Positions 29,404 to 40,400 of a stretch of DNA of 64,000 nt are shown in pieces. The notes beneath the pieces are model-generated. The model saw only the letters and a program-made list of their open reading frames with translations, was not told the origin of the DNA and did not search any database. How positions within the stretch are numbered: the first letter of the stretch is position 1; every line of letters begins with the position of its first letter. A program made the translations under genes and the position numbers. Source of the stretch: Candidatus Eiseniibacteriota bacterium (GTDB taxonomy: Bacteria > Eisenbacteria > RBG-16-71-46); assembly GCA_963725865.1 (NCBI GenBank), contig CAVSAC010000010.1:640001-704000 (forward strand), in the 5' to 3' direction.

Positions 29404-30390
29404 ATGACCTCACGGCATGGGCGCATCGGGCTCACGTTGGGCCTCCTCGCCTTCGCATCCCTTCTCCCCGCCTCAGCCGTTGCGCAAGCGCCACCGTTCC
29501 TGCTCACGTGGGGCTCGCTCGGCAGCGGCAACGGGCAGTTCAACCATCCCGTCGGAGTGGCGGTCGACGCTGCCGGTGACGTCTACGTCTCGGACTCCGA
29601 GAATCACCGCATCCAGAAGTTCACCAGCACGGGCGCCTATCTGACGCAGTGGGGCTCCCAGGGCAACGGCAACGGACAGTTCTTCTTTCCAGAAGGAGTG
29701 GCGACGGACGCCGCCGGCGACGTCTACGTCGTGGACGTGTTCAACAGCCGCGTTCAGAAGTTCACCGGCTCCGGCACGTACCTCACCAAGTGGGGCTCGA
29801 TCGGCAGTGGCAGTGGGCAGTTCTTCAATCCCCGGGGAGTCGCGACCGATGCCGCTGGAAACGTCTACGTCGCGGACGAGACGAACAACCGCATCCAGAA
29901 GTTCACCGGCGCGGGCATCTACCTGACCCAGTGGGGCTCGCTCGGGAGCGGCAACGGGCAGCTCGACCATCCCTCCGGAGTGGCGACGGACGCCGCGGGC
30001 GACGTCTACGTCACGGAGTGGGGCAACCACCGCGTCCAGAAGTTCACCAGTACGGGCACCTACATCACCCAGTGGGGCTCGCTGGGCAGCGGCGACGGAC
30101 AGTTCTTCGTTCCCTCGGGGCTGGCGACCGACGCCGCCGGCAACGTCTACGTCGCGGACGAGACCAACGACAACATCCAGGAGTTCACGCACACGGGCGC
30201 CTACCTGACGCAGTGGGGCTCCCCGGGCAGCGGCGACGGGCAGTTCGAACAGGCCTCTGGAGTGGCGATCGACGCCGCCGGCGACGTCTACGTCGTGGAC
30301 GTCGTCACCCACCGAATTCAGAAGTTCGGTTCAGTGCTGACTCCGACGAACGCCACGACCTGGGGGCGTCTCAAGAGTCTTTATCGCTAG
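29404..30390 (+). CDS. Secreted NHL-repeat six-bladed beta-propeller protein with C-terminal TTWGRLKSLYR
   Basis: Signal peptide (…SAVAQA); six ~47-aa repeats WGSxGSGxGQFxxPxGVATDAAGxVYVxDxxNxRIQKF. AGGAG RBS. Confidence 0.92.
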   Translation: MTSRHGRIGLTLGLLAFASLLPASAVAQAPPFLLTWGSLGSGNGQFNHPVGVAVDAAGDVYVSDSENHRIQKFTSTGAYLTQWGSQGNGNGQFFFPEGVATDAAGDVYVVDVFNSRVQKFTGSGTYLTKWGSIGSGSGQFFNPRGVATDAAGNVYVADETNNRIQKFTGAGIYLTQWGSLGSGNGQLDHPSGVATDAAGDVYVTEWGNHRVQKFTSTGTYITQWGSLGSGDGQFFVPSGLATDAAGNVYVADETNDNIQEFTHTGAYLTQWGSPGSGDGQFEQASGVAIDAAGDVYVVDVVTHRIQKFGSVLTPTNATTWGRLKSLYR

Positions 30391-30453
30391 AAAGAAACAG
30401 ATACGGCGGCCGCCAGGGTTCTCTCAGGCGGCCGCCGTATCTGTTTCTTTCTA
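30388..30453. terminator. Perfect 27-bp inverted repeat, bidirectional terminator-like
   Basis: TAGAAAGAAACAGATACGGCGGCCGCC-N12-GGCGGCCGCCGTATCTGTTTCTTTCTA, with A-rich left and T-rich right flanks. Confidence 0.8.
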
Positions 30454-30454
30454 A

Positions 30455-32141
30455 CCCGGATTATTCGTGAATCGTAGATAGCACGAAGGCCTCCTCCTGG
30501 TAGAAAGCGCTTGTTCAGGGAGCTTTCTCCACGGAAGGAGACCTTCGCGTGCGCGACTCTACCACGACACCGTGTGTGCTGTTCCCGGAGTTGTTCAACC
30601 GGCCGCTGACGGCCGCGTTCGACGTCCCGAACGCCAGCTCCGACGGCGGCGCGGTGCTGCTGAAGGCTGCGGATCGCCGGCTCGGCCTGATCCCGCGACT
30701 CGCGGCCGCGCTCGTCGATGAGCGGCAGCCTGGCAAGGTGCGCCACGGCCTGGTCGACCTGCTCGGCCAGCGCATCTACGGCCTGGCGCTCGGCTACGAG
30801 GACGCCAACGACGCCGCGCGGCTCGCCGACGACCCGATGCACAAGCTGCTGCTCGGGCGCGATCCGCTGCACCGGCGAGGCGCTGGCTTCGCAGCCGACG
30901 CTGTCGCGGTTCGAGAACGACGTCACCCGCGGCGAGTTGCTGGCGATGGGCGACGCCCTGTTCGAGGCCGTGCTCGATCGGCACCGCAAGCGTCGCCGCA
31001 AGGTGCGCCGGATCACCGTCGATCTCGACGTCACCGACGATCCCACGCACGGCGCGCAGCAGCTGAGCGTTCTTCAACGGCTTCTACGACACGCTGGTGC
31101 TACCTGCCGCTGCTGGCGTTCCTGAGCTTCGACCGCGAACCGCGAGCAGTACCTGTGCGCCGCGGCGCTGCGGCCCGGGCAACGCGCCCACCCACGCGCG
31201 GCGCGCTCACGCTGCTCAAGCGCATCGTCGGTCGGCTGCAGGAGCGCTTCCCGCGGGCCCGCATCCGCGTGCGTCTCGATGGCGGCTTCGCCGCGCCGGA
31301 GCTGTTCGAGTTCTTCGACCTCGTCGGCGTCGAGTACGTGGTCGCGATGGCCGAAGAACGAGGTCCTGGAGCGCCAGGCCGACCTCGACCTGATCGTCGC
31401 CCGCGTCCTGAGCGACGCCACGGGCAGGACCGAGCACGTCTACACCGACTTCGCCTACGCCGCCGGCACCTGGGACCGCGAGCGCCGCGTCGTGTGCAAG
31501 GCCGAGGTCGTCCGGCTCGAGGGTCGCGAGCCGAAGCTCAACGCTCGCTTCGTCGTCACCAACCTGGCGGGCCAGGCACAGCGGGTCTACGAGCGCATCT
31601 ACTGCCAGCGCGGCGAGATCGAGAACCGGATCAAGGAGCTGTTCGACGTCGCGCTCGACCGCACCAGTTGCTCGCGCTTCCTCGCCAACCAGCTCCGCGT
31701 GCTGCTCGCCGCGGCGGCCTACGTGCTGCTGCAGGAGCTGCGCCTCGCCGCCCGCGGCACCGCCTGGGCGCGCGCACAGGTGAACACCCTGCGACTCGAG
31801 CTGCTCAAGATCGGCGTCCAGGTCATCGCCTCGGCTCGCCGGCTCGTACTGCGCCTGCCGGCTGCGTTCCCGTACCGCGACGGCTGGCGAGTGCTCGCGC
31901 TAAAGAGCGGCGCCGTTCCCGGCTGAGATCGAACGCTTCGTCCGCATCGCAAAGCTCCGACATGATCGCGCGGGGCGGAGCTCCGACCGAATCTCACCCG
32001 CGAACGTGTCCGTCGCGAGGATCGCCCCGAGAGATCCGCCCTTGCAGCCCCAGCGCGCCTTCGCGCACCCTCTCCGACGGCGATCGCCCCACGTTCACGC
32101 GATCACGAGCCCGCCATCGACGGCTTCACGAATAGGTCGCG
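30455..32141 (+). mobile_element. IS1380-family insertion sequence (~1.69 kb)
   Basis: Imperfect terminal IRs sharing the core TATTCGTGAA / TTCACGAATA; flanked by CTAA and CTAG; encodes a DDE transposase. Confidence 0.85.
30549..31926 (+). pseudogene. IS1380-family transposase, multiply frameshifted
   Basis: SSDGGAVLL, GYEDAND, LASQPTLSRFEN, TVDLDVTDDPTHG, RLDGGF, YCQRGEIENRIKE, FLANQLR are spread across three reading frames. Confidence 0.88.
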
Positions 32142-32840
32142 CTAGCGGTAGCGCGCCTTCAGTCCACCCCACGTGGTGCCGCCCGCGAGCGCCGCGGGCT
32201 CGAACGCCTCGAGGAACAGCACCGCGTCGTCGAAATCGGACTCGCTGCTGATGCTGCGGTCCTGGTCCTCGAACGCCAGCCATCGCGCCCCCGCGTTGAC
32301 GCCTGTGCCCTCAAAGGCGAGTGCCTGAGGCAGCCCACCGCCGTTGCGGTAGTCCTGGGTGTAGAACAGTCCCCCTGGACCTTGCAGATAGAACCCAAGC
32401 AGCCAGGTCACACCCAAGTAGGTGGTCGTGCTCTGCAGCGTCGCCATGGTGTCGAATAGATTCACGATCATCGTGCCGCCCGGATCGAACGACACGATGG
32501 CGAACCAGCCGGCATCGGCCACGTCCGGGAACACTTCATAGAGATCGGGCGACGGCGGGACCGCTCCGGCGTTGTACACGCCGACCGAGTTGCTCGCGGC
32601 GTTGCCGCCGAGCTCGATCATCATCCTGAATCTGGCATCGCCAAAGTCGACCGAATTCCACGACAGAGCGTCGATTTGATCGGTCGTCACGTTGATCGAT
32701 TCGCCGACGCTATTCAGGTAGTTCTGTAGGGAGGTGCCGTTGACCTGGACCTGCGGTGTGCGGAGTCCGGCGGACGCCGCCGAGGCGCCGAGCGTGATCG
32801 CGAGGACGGCCACCACGAGAGGGGTAGCGCGACGAAGCAT
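32142..32840 (-). CDS. Secreted protein (DUF4114-like acidic C-domain) with C-terminal TTWGGLKARYR
   Basis: Signal peptide MLRRATPLVVAVLAITLGASAASA; LAFEDQ...SDFDDAVLFLE resembles DUF4114-type motifs. Confidence 0.75.
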   Translation of the reverse strand: MLRRATPLVVAVLAITLGASAASAGLRTPQVQVNGTSLQNYLNSVGESINVTTDQIDALSWNSVDFGDARFRMMIELGGNAASNSVGVYNAGAVPPSPDLYEVFPDVADAGWFAIVSFDPGGTMIVNLFDTMATLQSTTTYLGVTWLLGFYLQGPGGLFYTQDYRNGGGLPQALAFEGTGVNAGARWLAFEDQDRSISSESDFDDAVLFLEAFEPAALAGGTTWGGLKARYR

Positions 32841-33089
32841 GGATGCATCTCCACTAGACGTCGAGGTCCCTGCGATGCGCCCGGCCGGGTCGGGGCCACC
32901 GCAGTGCGGATCTTGGCCTCTGCGGCATGAACGTGGATCGAACTCGCGCATCACGCGGGAGGTCTCGGCTTCTTGCGCGCGACACGTGTCCGTGGCTGAC
33001 ACGACATCTCAGCGTGGGGGATCGCCGTTTCCAAGTACCAATGCCAAGAGGGTATTCCCGAGGAACTGCGCCCACAAGAACTGCTTCGG

Positions 33090-33390
33090 TCCGAGCATCG
33101 AGGATCGAGAAGCCCTGCTGCGGGTGGCCCCCTACTCGGCCGGCGCTCCGGTCGCCAAGCCGCGGCTGCACTACGATGCTGTGCGCCCCGGGGTCGATCG
33201 GCGGGCAGCGCGAGGGCTCCTCGCCAGGCCTTCAGGCACGCCCGCAGCGCCGGTTGGAATTGTCGCGGGTGATGTTTCGGGTGGAAGTCGAGGTGTTCGC
33301 GCAGTGCGGCGGCGCGGCAGGCATCGTCAGGCTCGTCACCAGACCGGCGGTCCTGGAACGCATCCTGTCGCATATCGCGCGGCGCAGGGT
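33090..33390 (+). pseudogene. Probable decayed IS91-family (rolling-circle) transposase fragment
   Basis: IEDREALLRVAPYSAGAPVAKPRLHYD and, in another frame, RVMFRVEVEVFAQCGG...LVTRPAVLERILSHI resemble IS91-like DRxxLERLxRYxxRPP and FxxDxxxCxxCGG...IxxILxHL. Confidence 0.45.
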
Positions 33391-33446
33391 CCACGCACGG
33401 ACCAGCCCACGTACGGTCAGGTGGCCAGCCTGTTCGAAGGTCTTAG

Positions 33447-33531
33447 TGCCGGGGCCGGGAGTCGAACCCGGACGGGCGTGAGCCCAGCGGATTTTAAGTC
33501 CGCCGTGTCTAGCCAGTTCCACCACCCCGGC
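33447..33531 (-). tRNA. tRNA-Leu(TAA), reads UUA; no encoded CCA
   Basis: GCCGGGG/CCCCGGC acceptor stem, D-loop TGGAACTGGCTAGACA, GCGGA-CTTAAAA-TCCGC anticodon arm, long variable arm, GGTTCGACTCC T-arm. Confidence 0.95.
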
Positions 33532-33593
33532 ACATCCTCCCCGCATCCTCGCGTAACGCGGGCGCAGGCGCCATCCGATCGCGCCCCAAGCAC

Positions 33594-33630
33594 GACGCCC
33601 GGGCCATCCTCGCGGGAGGGCCCGGGCGTC
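33594..33630 (-). terminator. Hairpin downstream of actF
   Basis: GACGCCCGGGCC...GGCCCGGGCGTC inverted repeat. Confidence 0.5.
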
Positions 33631-33653
33631 TGGTCGCGCGCGCAGCGACGCGG

Positions 33654-34916
33654 CTAGTGCCCGGTGCCTCCCGCCGCGGCTAACGCGTCGGTCACTTTCA
33701 CCGACGGGTACTTGCTCAGGAAGCCCTGCACCGTCCAGCCGAACAGGCCCAGGAAGCCGAGCGTCATCCCGATCTCCGGCAGCCCGATCCACACGCTGTC
33801 GGGATGGATCGACGGCATCACGAGCAGGTGCCGCTCCAGCCACATGCCGACCAGCACGCACAGGCTGAACGCGCCGAGCCAGAACGGGCTCTTCTTCGTG
33901 TACATGTTCATGAGCCCGACGAACGGCAGCAGGAACACCATGGTGAACACGGTGAACGCGATCGGCCGCCACGGGTCCTCGAAGCGCACGAACACCCACC
34001 AGGTCTCCTCCGGCATGTTCGCGTACCAGATCGGCAGGTACTGCGACCAGAACTGGTAGACCCAGAAGATGCAGATCGCGAACAGCAGCTTGCCCACGTC
34101 CCAGAAATGCTTCTCGGTGATGTAGGCCTCGAGCCGGTACTTCGTGCGCAGCTGGGTGGCGAGGAACGCGGTCATCGCGATGCCGGTGAGGAACGCGCCC
34201 ATGAACACCCACCAGCCGAACAGGGCGCTCACCCACTCCGGCGTGAGCCCCATGATGAAGTCCCACGCGAGCAGCGTGACGGAGATCGCGAACAGCACCG
34301 CGAGCTGCGGCGAGCGCTTGGACAGCCGGTCGCGTTGCCAGTCGACCTCCGCCTCGTCGCCGCGCCAGCCCGCGCTGAGCTTCTCGTACTCGGGCCGCAG
34401 CTCGGGGGCCACGTGGTCCTTGAGCAGGTGGGCGTCGGTGCGCAGCGAGACGCGCGCCAGGTCGCGCGCCAGCCAGGTGAACAGCCCCAGCCCGATGATG
34501 GTGCGCGCGTAGAGGAACGGTACGTTGAGATAGAGCGCCATGCGCGGCTCGACGTGGCGCGTCCACGGCAGGTAGGTCCAGATGCCGCCGAACAGCAGCA
34601 CCAGCATGGCCACGAAGCCGACCGGCAGGAAGGCCGAGAACGACTCACCGATCCGCATCAACGGGCCGGCCCAGCGTCCGTTGGACAGCCGGATCCCGGC
34701 GGACAGCAACACGCCGCCCATCGCGATCCCGAGCCAGTAGAGCGTGTTGATCGCGAACGAGCCCCACGCGCGCTGCGGCTGCGTCAGGAGCAGCGCCGCG
34801 AACGAGATCACGCCGATCGCCATGCACAGCATCCAGAGCTGGCGCTTGCGCCGATTGGGACGGACCGGCAGCTTGCCAGCCAGGTCGCGAAGCGTCGCGT
34901 CGGCCGCGGAACTCAT
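33654..34916 (-). CDS. actF: Alternative complex III subunit ActF
   Basis: Polytopic NrfD-like; AWDFIMGLTPEWVSALFG, HFWDVGKLLF, SQYLPIWYANMPEE. Confidence 0.88.
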   Translation of the reverse strand: MSSAADATLRDLAGKLPVRPNRRKRQLWMLCMAIGVISFAALLLTQPQRAWGSFAINTLYWLGIAMGGVLLSAGIRLSNGRWAGPLMRIGESFSAFLPVGFVAMLVLLFGGIWTYLPWTRHVEPRMALYLNVPFLYARTIIGLGLFTWLARDLARVSLRTDAHLLKDHVAPELRPEYEKLSAGWRGDEAEVDWQRDRLSKRSPQLAVLFAISVTLLAWDFIMGLTPEWVSALFGWWVFMGAFLTGIAMTAFLATQLRTKYRLEAYITEKHFWDVGKLLFAICIFWVYQFWSQYLPIWYANMPEETWWVFVRFEDPWRPIAFTVFTMVFLLPFVGLMNMYTKKSPFWLGAFSLCVLVGMWLERHLLVMPSIHPDSVWIGLPEIGMTLGFLGLFGWTVQGFLSKYPSVKVTDALAAAGGTGH

Positions 34917-35464
34917 CGAGGCTCCATCGTCTGCATGTGCCGGAGGTAGTTCACCAGGTCCCAGGCCTCGTGCGAGGACACGGCGGCGCCGTAGCTCGGC
35001 ATGACCACGCCCCCGTTGCGGATGTACGAGTAGATGTAGCCGTCCTTGCGCTTGCGGGTGGCCTCGGCGAGCAGGTCGGGCGGCGGCATGAACAACTGCG
35101 CCACCTTGCCGTCGCCGATCATGCGGGTGCCGTGGCACGGCACGCACGTCTTGGCGAACTTGCGCTCGCCGCGCGCGATCGAGGAGTCCAGGTCGGCCGG
35201 CGCGGTCGGGTTCACCAGCGTGGCGGCGAGCACCTCGCGGTCGGTGACCCACTCGCGCCCGGTCACCGGCACGCTCGCGTCGTCCGGCGGGCGATTGATG
35301 GTCTTCTGCGGCTTGATGGCCACCGTCCACCGCATGTCGCGCTGCGGGTAGTAGCCCCAGTGCACGTTCGCGTTCCAGAGGTCGCGCGCGCCCTGGCGCA
35401 CGCTGCCCACCGACCACAGCGTGAGCAGTCCGACGGCGATCGCGGCGATCGTGACCTTAAGCAT
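34913..35464 (-). CDS. actE: Alternative complex III monoheme cytochrome c ActE
   Basis: CVPCH; MPSYG...WDLVNYLR; position in the operon. Confidence 0.82.
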   Translation of the reverse strand: MLKVTIAAIAVGLLTLWSVGSVRQGARDLWNANVHWGYYPQRDMRWTVAIKPQKTINRPPDDASVPVTGREWVTDREVLAATLVNPTAPADLDSSIARGERKFAKTCVPCHGTRMIGDGKVAQLFMPPPDLLAEATRKRKDGYIYSYIRNGGVVMPSYGAAVSSHEAWDLVNYLRHMQTMEPR

Positions 35465-36002
35465 GGAGCGTCACCTCTTCTGCACCGAGGCCCTTCAGCG
35501 TGTCGACCACGCGGCCCGCGGCGTCGCCGGCGCACGGCACCCAGACGCCGATGCGATCCTCGGTGAATCGCGGGTCGTACGGGGCGCGGGGGCTCAGCTG
35601 CGGCAGCCGGGCCAGCGCGAGCATGCCGAACAGGTTGGCGAGCCCGCCCAGCAGGATCATCGATTCGTAGGCGATCACCACGAACGGCGGGATCGAGATC
35701 AGCTCCTTGCCTCCGATGACCAGCGGATACGCGACCACCGAGTAGATGCACAGCGAGATGCCGCCCGTGAGGCCGAGGATCCCGCCGCAGAGCGTGATCC
35801 AGCGCACCATCGACGGGCCTTGATCGAGCGCGTGCTCGATCTCGTGGTGCGGGACCGGCGAGAACACGCTCAGGTCCTTGTGCCCGTCCTGGCGCAGCGT
35901 GCGCACCGCGTCGGCGGCGTCGTCGACGAAGTAGTACACGCCCATCACGCCCTGATGGCGCTGGGACGGCCCCTGCAGCAGCTTCTCGATCAGGCCGAGC
36001 AT
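35457..36002 (-). CDS. actD: Alternative complex III subunit ActD (DUF3341-like)
   Basis: FSPVP, YPLVIGGK, PPFVVIAYESMIL, YDPRFTEDR, LGAEEV. Confidence 0.88.
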   Translation of the reverse strand: MLGLIEKLLQGPSQRHQGVMGVYYFVDDAADAVRTLRQDGHKDLSVFSPVPHHEIEHALDQGPSMVRWITLCGGILGLTGGISLCIYSVVAYPLVIGGKELISIPPFVVIAYESMILLGGLANLFGMLALARLPQLSPRAPYDPRFTEDRIGVWVPCAGDAAGRVVDTLKGLGAEEVTLHA

Positions 36003-36003
36003 C

Positions 36004-37389
<1,386 letters not shown>

Positions 37390-37403
37390 TCGGTCGGCCT
37401 CGC

Positions 37404-40400
37404 TCAGACGTGCTCGCGGTGGATCTTCTTGAGATAGGTGACGCCCGGCCGGGTGTTGAGCTCCTCGAGCACCCAGTAGCGCCGCAAGTGGTCGTGCGAG
37501 TGCCGGTACACCTCACTGGTCTCGTCGGCGAGATCGCCGAACACGATCGCCTGGCTCGGGCACGACTGCGCGCACGCGGTCTGGATGTCGCCGTCGCGCA
37601 CCTTGCGGTTCTCGTCCTTCGCCTGCCCCTTGCCCTCGAGGATGCGCTGGATGCACATGGTGCACTTCTCCATGACGCCCTTCGAGCGCACCGTCACGTC
37701 GGGATTGAGCTGCCAGTTGAGCGGCTCGGGGAACGCAAACGTGACCTTCTCGGGCGCGCTGTAGTCGAAGAAGTTGAACACGCGCACCTTGTAGGGGCAG
37801 TTGTTGGAGCAGTACTTCGTGCCGATGCACCGGTTGTAGACCTGCGCGTTGAGCCCCTCGGGATTGTGATAGGTGGCGTAGACGGGGCACACGTCCTCGC
37901 ACGGGGCGTCGGTGCAGTGTTGGCACATCAGCGGCACGAATCGCACGTCGTTGTGGCGGTCCGGGATGCCGATCTGCTGCTCGAAGCGGTCGATGCGGAT
38001 CCACGACATCTCACGCCCGCGCTCCACCATCGCGGGGCCGACGGTCGGGATGTTGTTCTCCGCGTAGCACGCCGTCACGCACGCGCTGCAGCCGTTGCAG
38101 GCGTTGATGTCGATGGCCATCGCCCAGCGGTGTTCGGCGTACTTGTAGGGCCCGACGTTCACCGGATTCTGGCGCGGGCCGCGCGCCTTGTTCTCGGATT
38201 CGAACGCAGTGATCGCGTGGGCCGGCGTGCGCTCGCCGGCGGGCCGCGCGAGCGGCTCCGTGTAACGCCCCGGCTTCAGCTGCGAAGGATCGAACGTATG
38301 GCGCTCGCCCGGGCCGTGGCCGCCGAGGTGGGCCTTGCTGGTCGCCGCGCCGTGCGACGGCTCGGCGCTCTCGGCGCCGAGCGGACCCGTCGGCGTCTGG
38401 CCGGTGAGCTGCGATACCGGGATCACCTGCGCGAAGCCGCGGTCCCACTGGTCCATCGAGCGCTGCGTGTACACCAGCCGCGCGGCGTGGCTGCCGCGGC
38501 TGACCTTGGCGCGCGCGGCGAGGTAGGCCACCGCGCCCGACGCGGCGTCCTGCGCCGGCGGCAGCAGCGCGAGCGGGTTGACGCCCAGATTCGTCGCGTA
38601 GCGCGTGAACGCGGTGTGCCCCTGACCGAGCGGGATCGCGACCACGTCGCGGCGCACGCCCGGGTACGGGTAGACCGGCAGCTCGAGCGCGCCCGCCTCG
38701 GTCTCGACCCGGATCGGATCGCCCTTCGAGACGCCCAGCGCCTTGGCGGTGTCCGGATGGATCTCGGCCCATGTCCCCCACACCACCTTCGTGGTCGGGT
38801 CGGGCAGCTCCTGCAGCCACGGCTTGTTCGCGCCGCGCCCGTCGTAGTGGTTCGGCGAGGCGAACAGCACCAGGGTCAGCTCGCCGGCGCCCTTGAACGC
38901 CGGCGGAGCGAACGCGGGCACGCCGCCGGTCCACGCCACTGGAGTCGCCGCGGGCTCCTCCCAGACGCCGCCGGTCTGCAGCGCGCCGTGCCAGAAGGTC
39001 TCGAAGTCCCGCCCCTTGCCGAAGCGCGCGTGCAGCGGCGCCCAGCGCGACTTGAGGTACGCCTCCCACGTGTCGGGGAACGCGCCGAAGCCGCCGGCCT
39101 TCGCCAGTCCGAGGAACACGTCGCCGGCGGGCCGCGCGTCGAACTGCGGCAGCCGCTGCATCGCCGGCTGCGTCAGCGAGTACACGCCCCGCGCGGTCTG
39201 CGCGTCGCCGAGCGTCTCGAGCGCGTGGCTCGAGGGCAGCACGAGGTCACAGCGCTCGCTGGTCTCGTCCAGTACCTCGGTGACGCCGATGGCGTAGGTG
39301 ACCTTGTCCATCGCGGACGTGAAGCCGGCCCAGGCCGGCGTGCTGTACGCCGGATTGGTGCCCGCGATCACCAGCACGTCGACCTGCCCCTCCTCCATCC
39401 GCTTCAGGAGTCCCTGGAACTGGGCGAAGGAGGCGACGTCGTCGAAGTTGAGCGTGCGGTCGAAGCGCACCGTGCGGTTCACGTTCCCGGCCACCCAGTT
39501 CAGCAGGTTGACCGCGGTGAGGAGCCCCACCGACTGCTCGCTCTGCGTCGCGATGCCGCCGGCGACCGCCAGGCTCGGCTTGGCGCCCGCGAACTGCACC
39601 GCCATCTCGGCGATCTCACCCGCCGGCACGTCGGAGAGCTTCTCGACCTCCTCGGGCGTCCAGGGCGCGAGCGCGTCGCGCAGGCGGCTGGTGTCCACGG
39701 CCGCGAGGCCCTGCGTGACGATCGCGTTCGCGATGCCGAGGGCCACCGCCATCTCGGAGCCGGGCTTCGCGCCGAACCACTCGTCCGCGTTGGCGCCAGT
39801 CAGCGACATGCGCGGCTCGATGGCGATGAAGCCCGACGACGGCCGCGCGCGCATCGCGGCGAAGTCGCGCGCGTACGTGACCGGGGAGCCCCACGTCTCG
39901 AGGAAGTCGGCACCGAAGCCGATGACCAGATGGGCCGCGGCGAAGTCGTGGTGCGGCACCGCCGCGACGCCGAACGTGCGGCGGTTCGCCTCGCGCAGGC
40001 TCTCGTGGGCGAACGCCTCGTACACCAGGTGGCTGCCGCCCGCCGCCGCCGCGAACTCGTTCGCGAGCGCGTGCAGCGAGCCCGTGTGGTTGCCGGTGAG
40101 CACCGCGATGGCGTCCTTGCGCGACCGCGCCGCGCCGAGCTGCTCGCCCGCCAGCGCCAGCGCCTGATCCCAGCCGATCGCCTTCCACACCCCGTCCTTC
40201 TTCACCATCGGCGACTTGAGGCGATCGGGGTGATAGAGCCCCTGCAGCCCGGCGTGGCCGCGTGCGCACACGCCGCCGCGTCCCACCGGGTGGGCGGGAT
40301 TGCCCTCGATCTTGATCGCGCGCCCGTCGCGCTGCTTGACCAGGATGCCGCAGCCCACCGGGCACTCGCGGCAGGTGGAGGCGTACCAGTACGAGATGCC

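Larger units (their letters stand above)
29093..33531. mobile_element. tRNA-Leu-integrated genomic islet without an integrase
   Basis: Bounded by the intact tRNA and its duplicated 3' half. Visibly more A/T-rich codons than the flanks; contains IS material. Confidence 0.75.

Noticed and set aside
29500..30330. Tandem ~141-bp repeats suggestive of a CRISPR array or other DNA repeat
   Set aside because: They are in-frame degenerate NHL protein repeats with no unique spacers and no cas genes.
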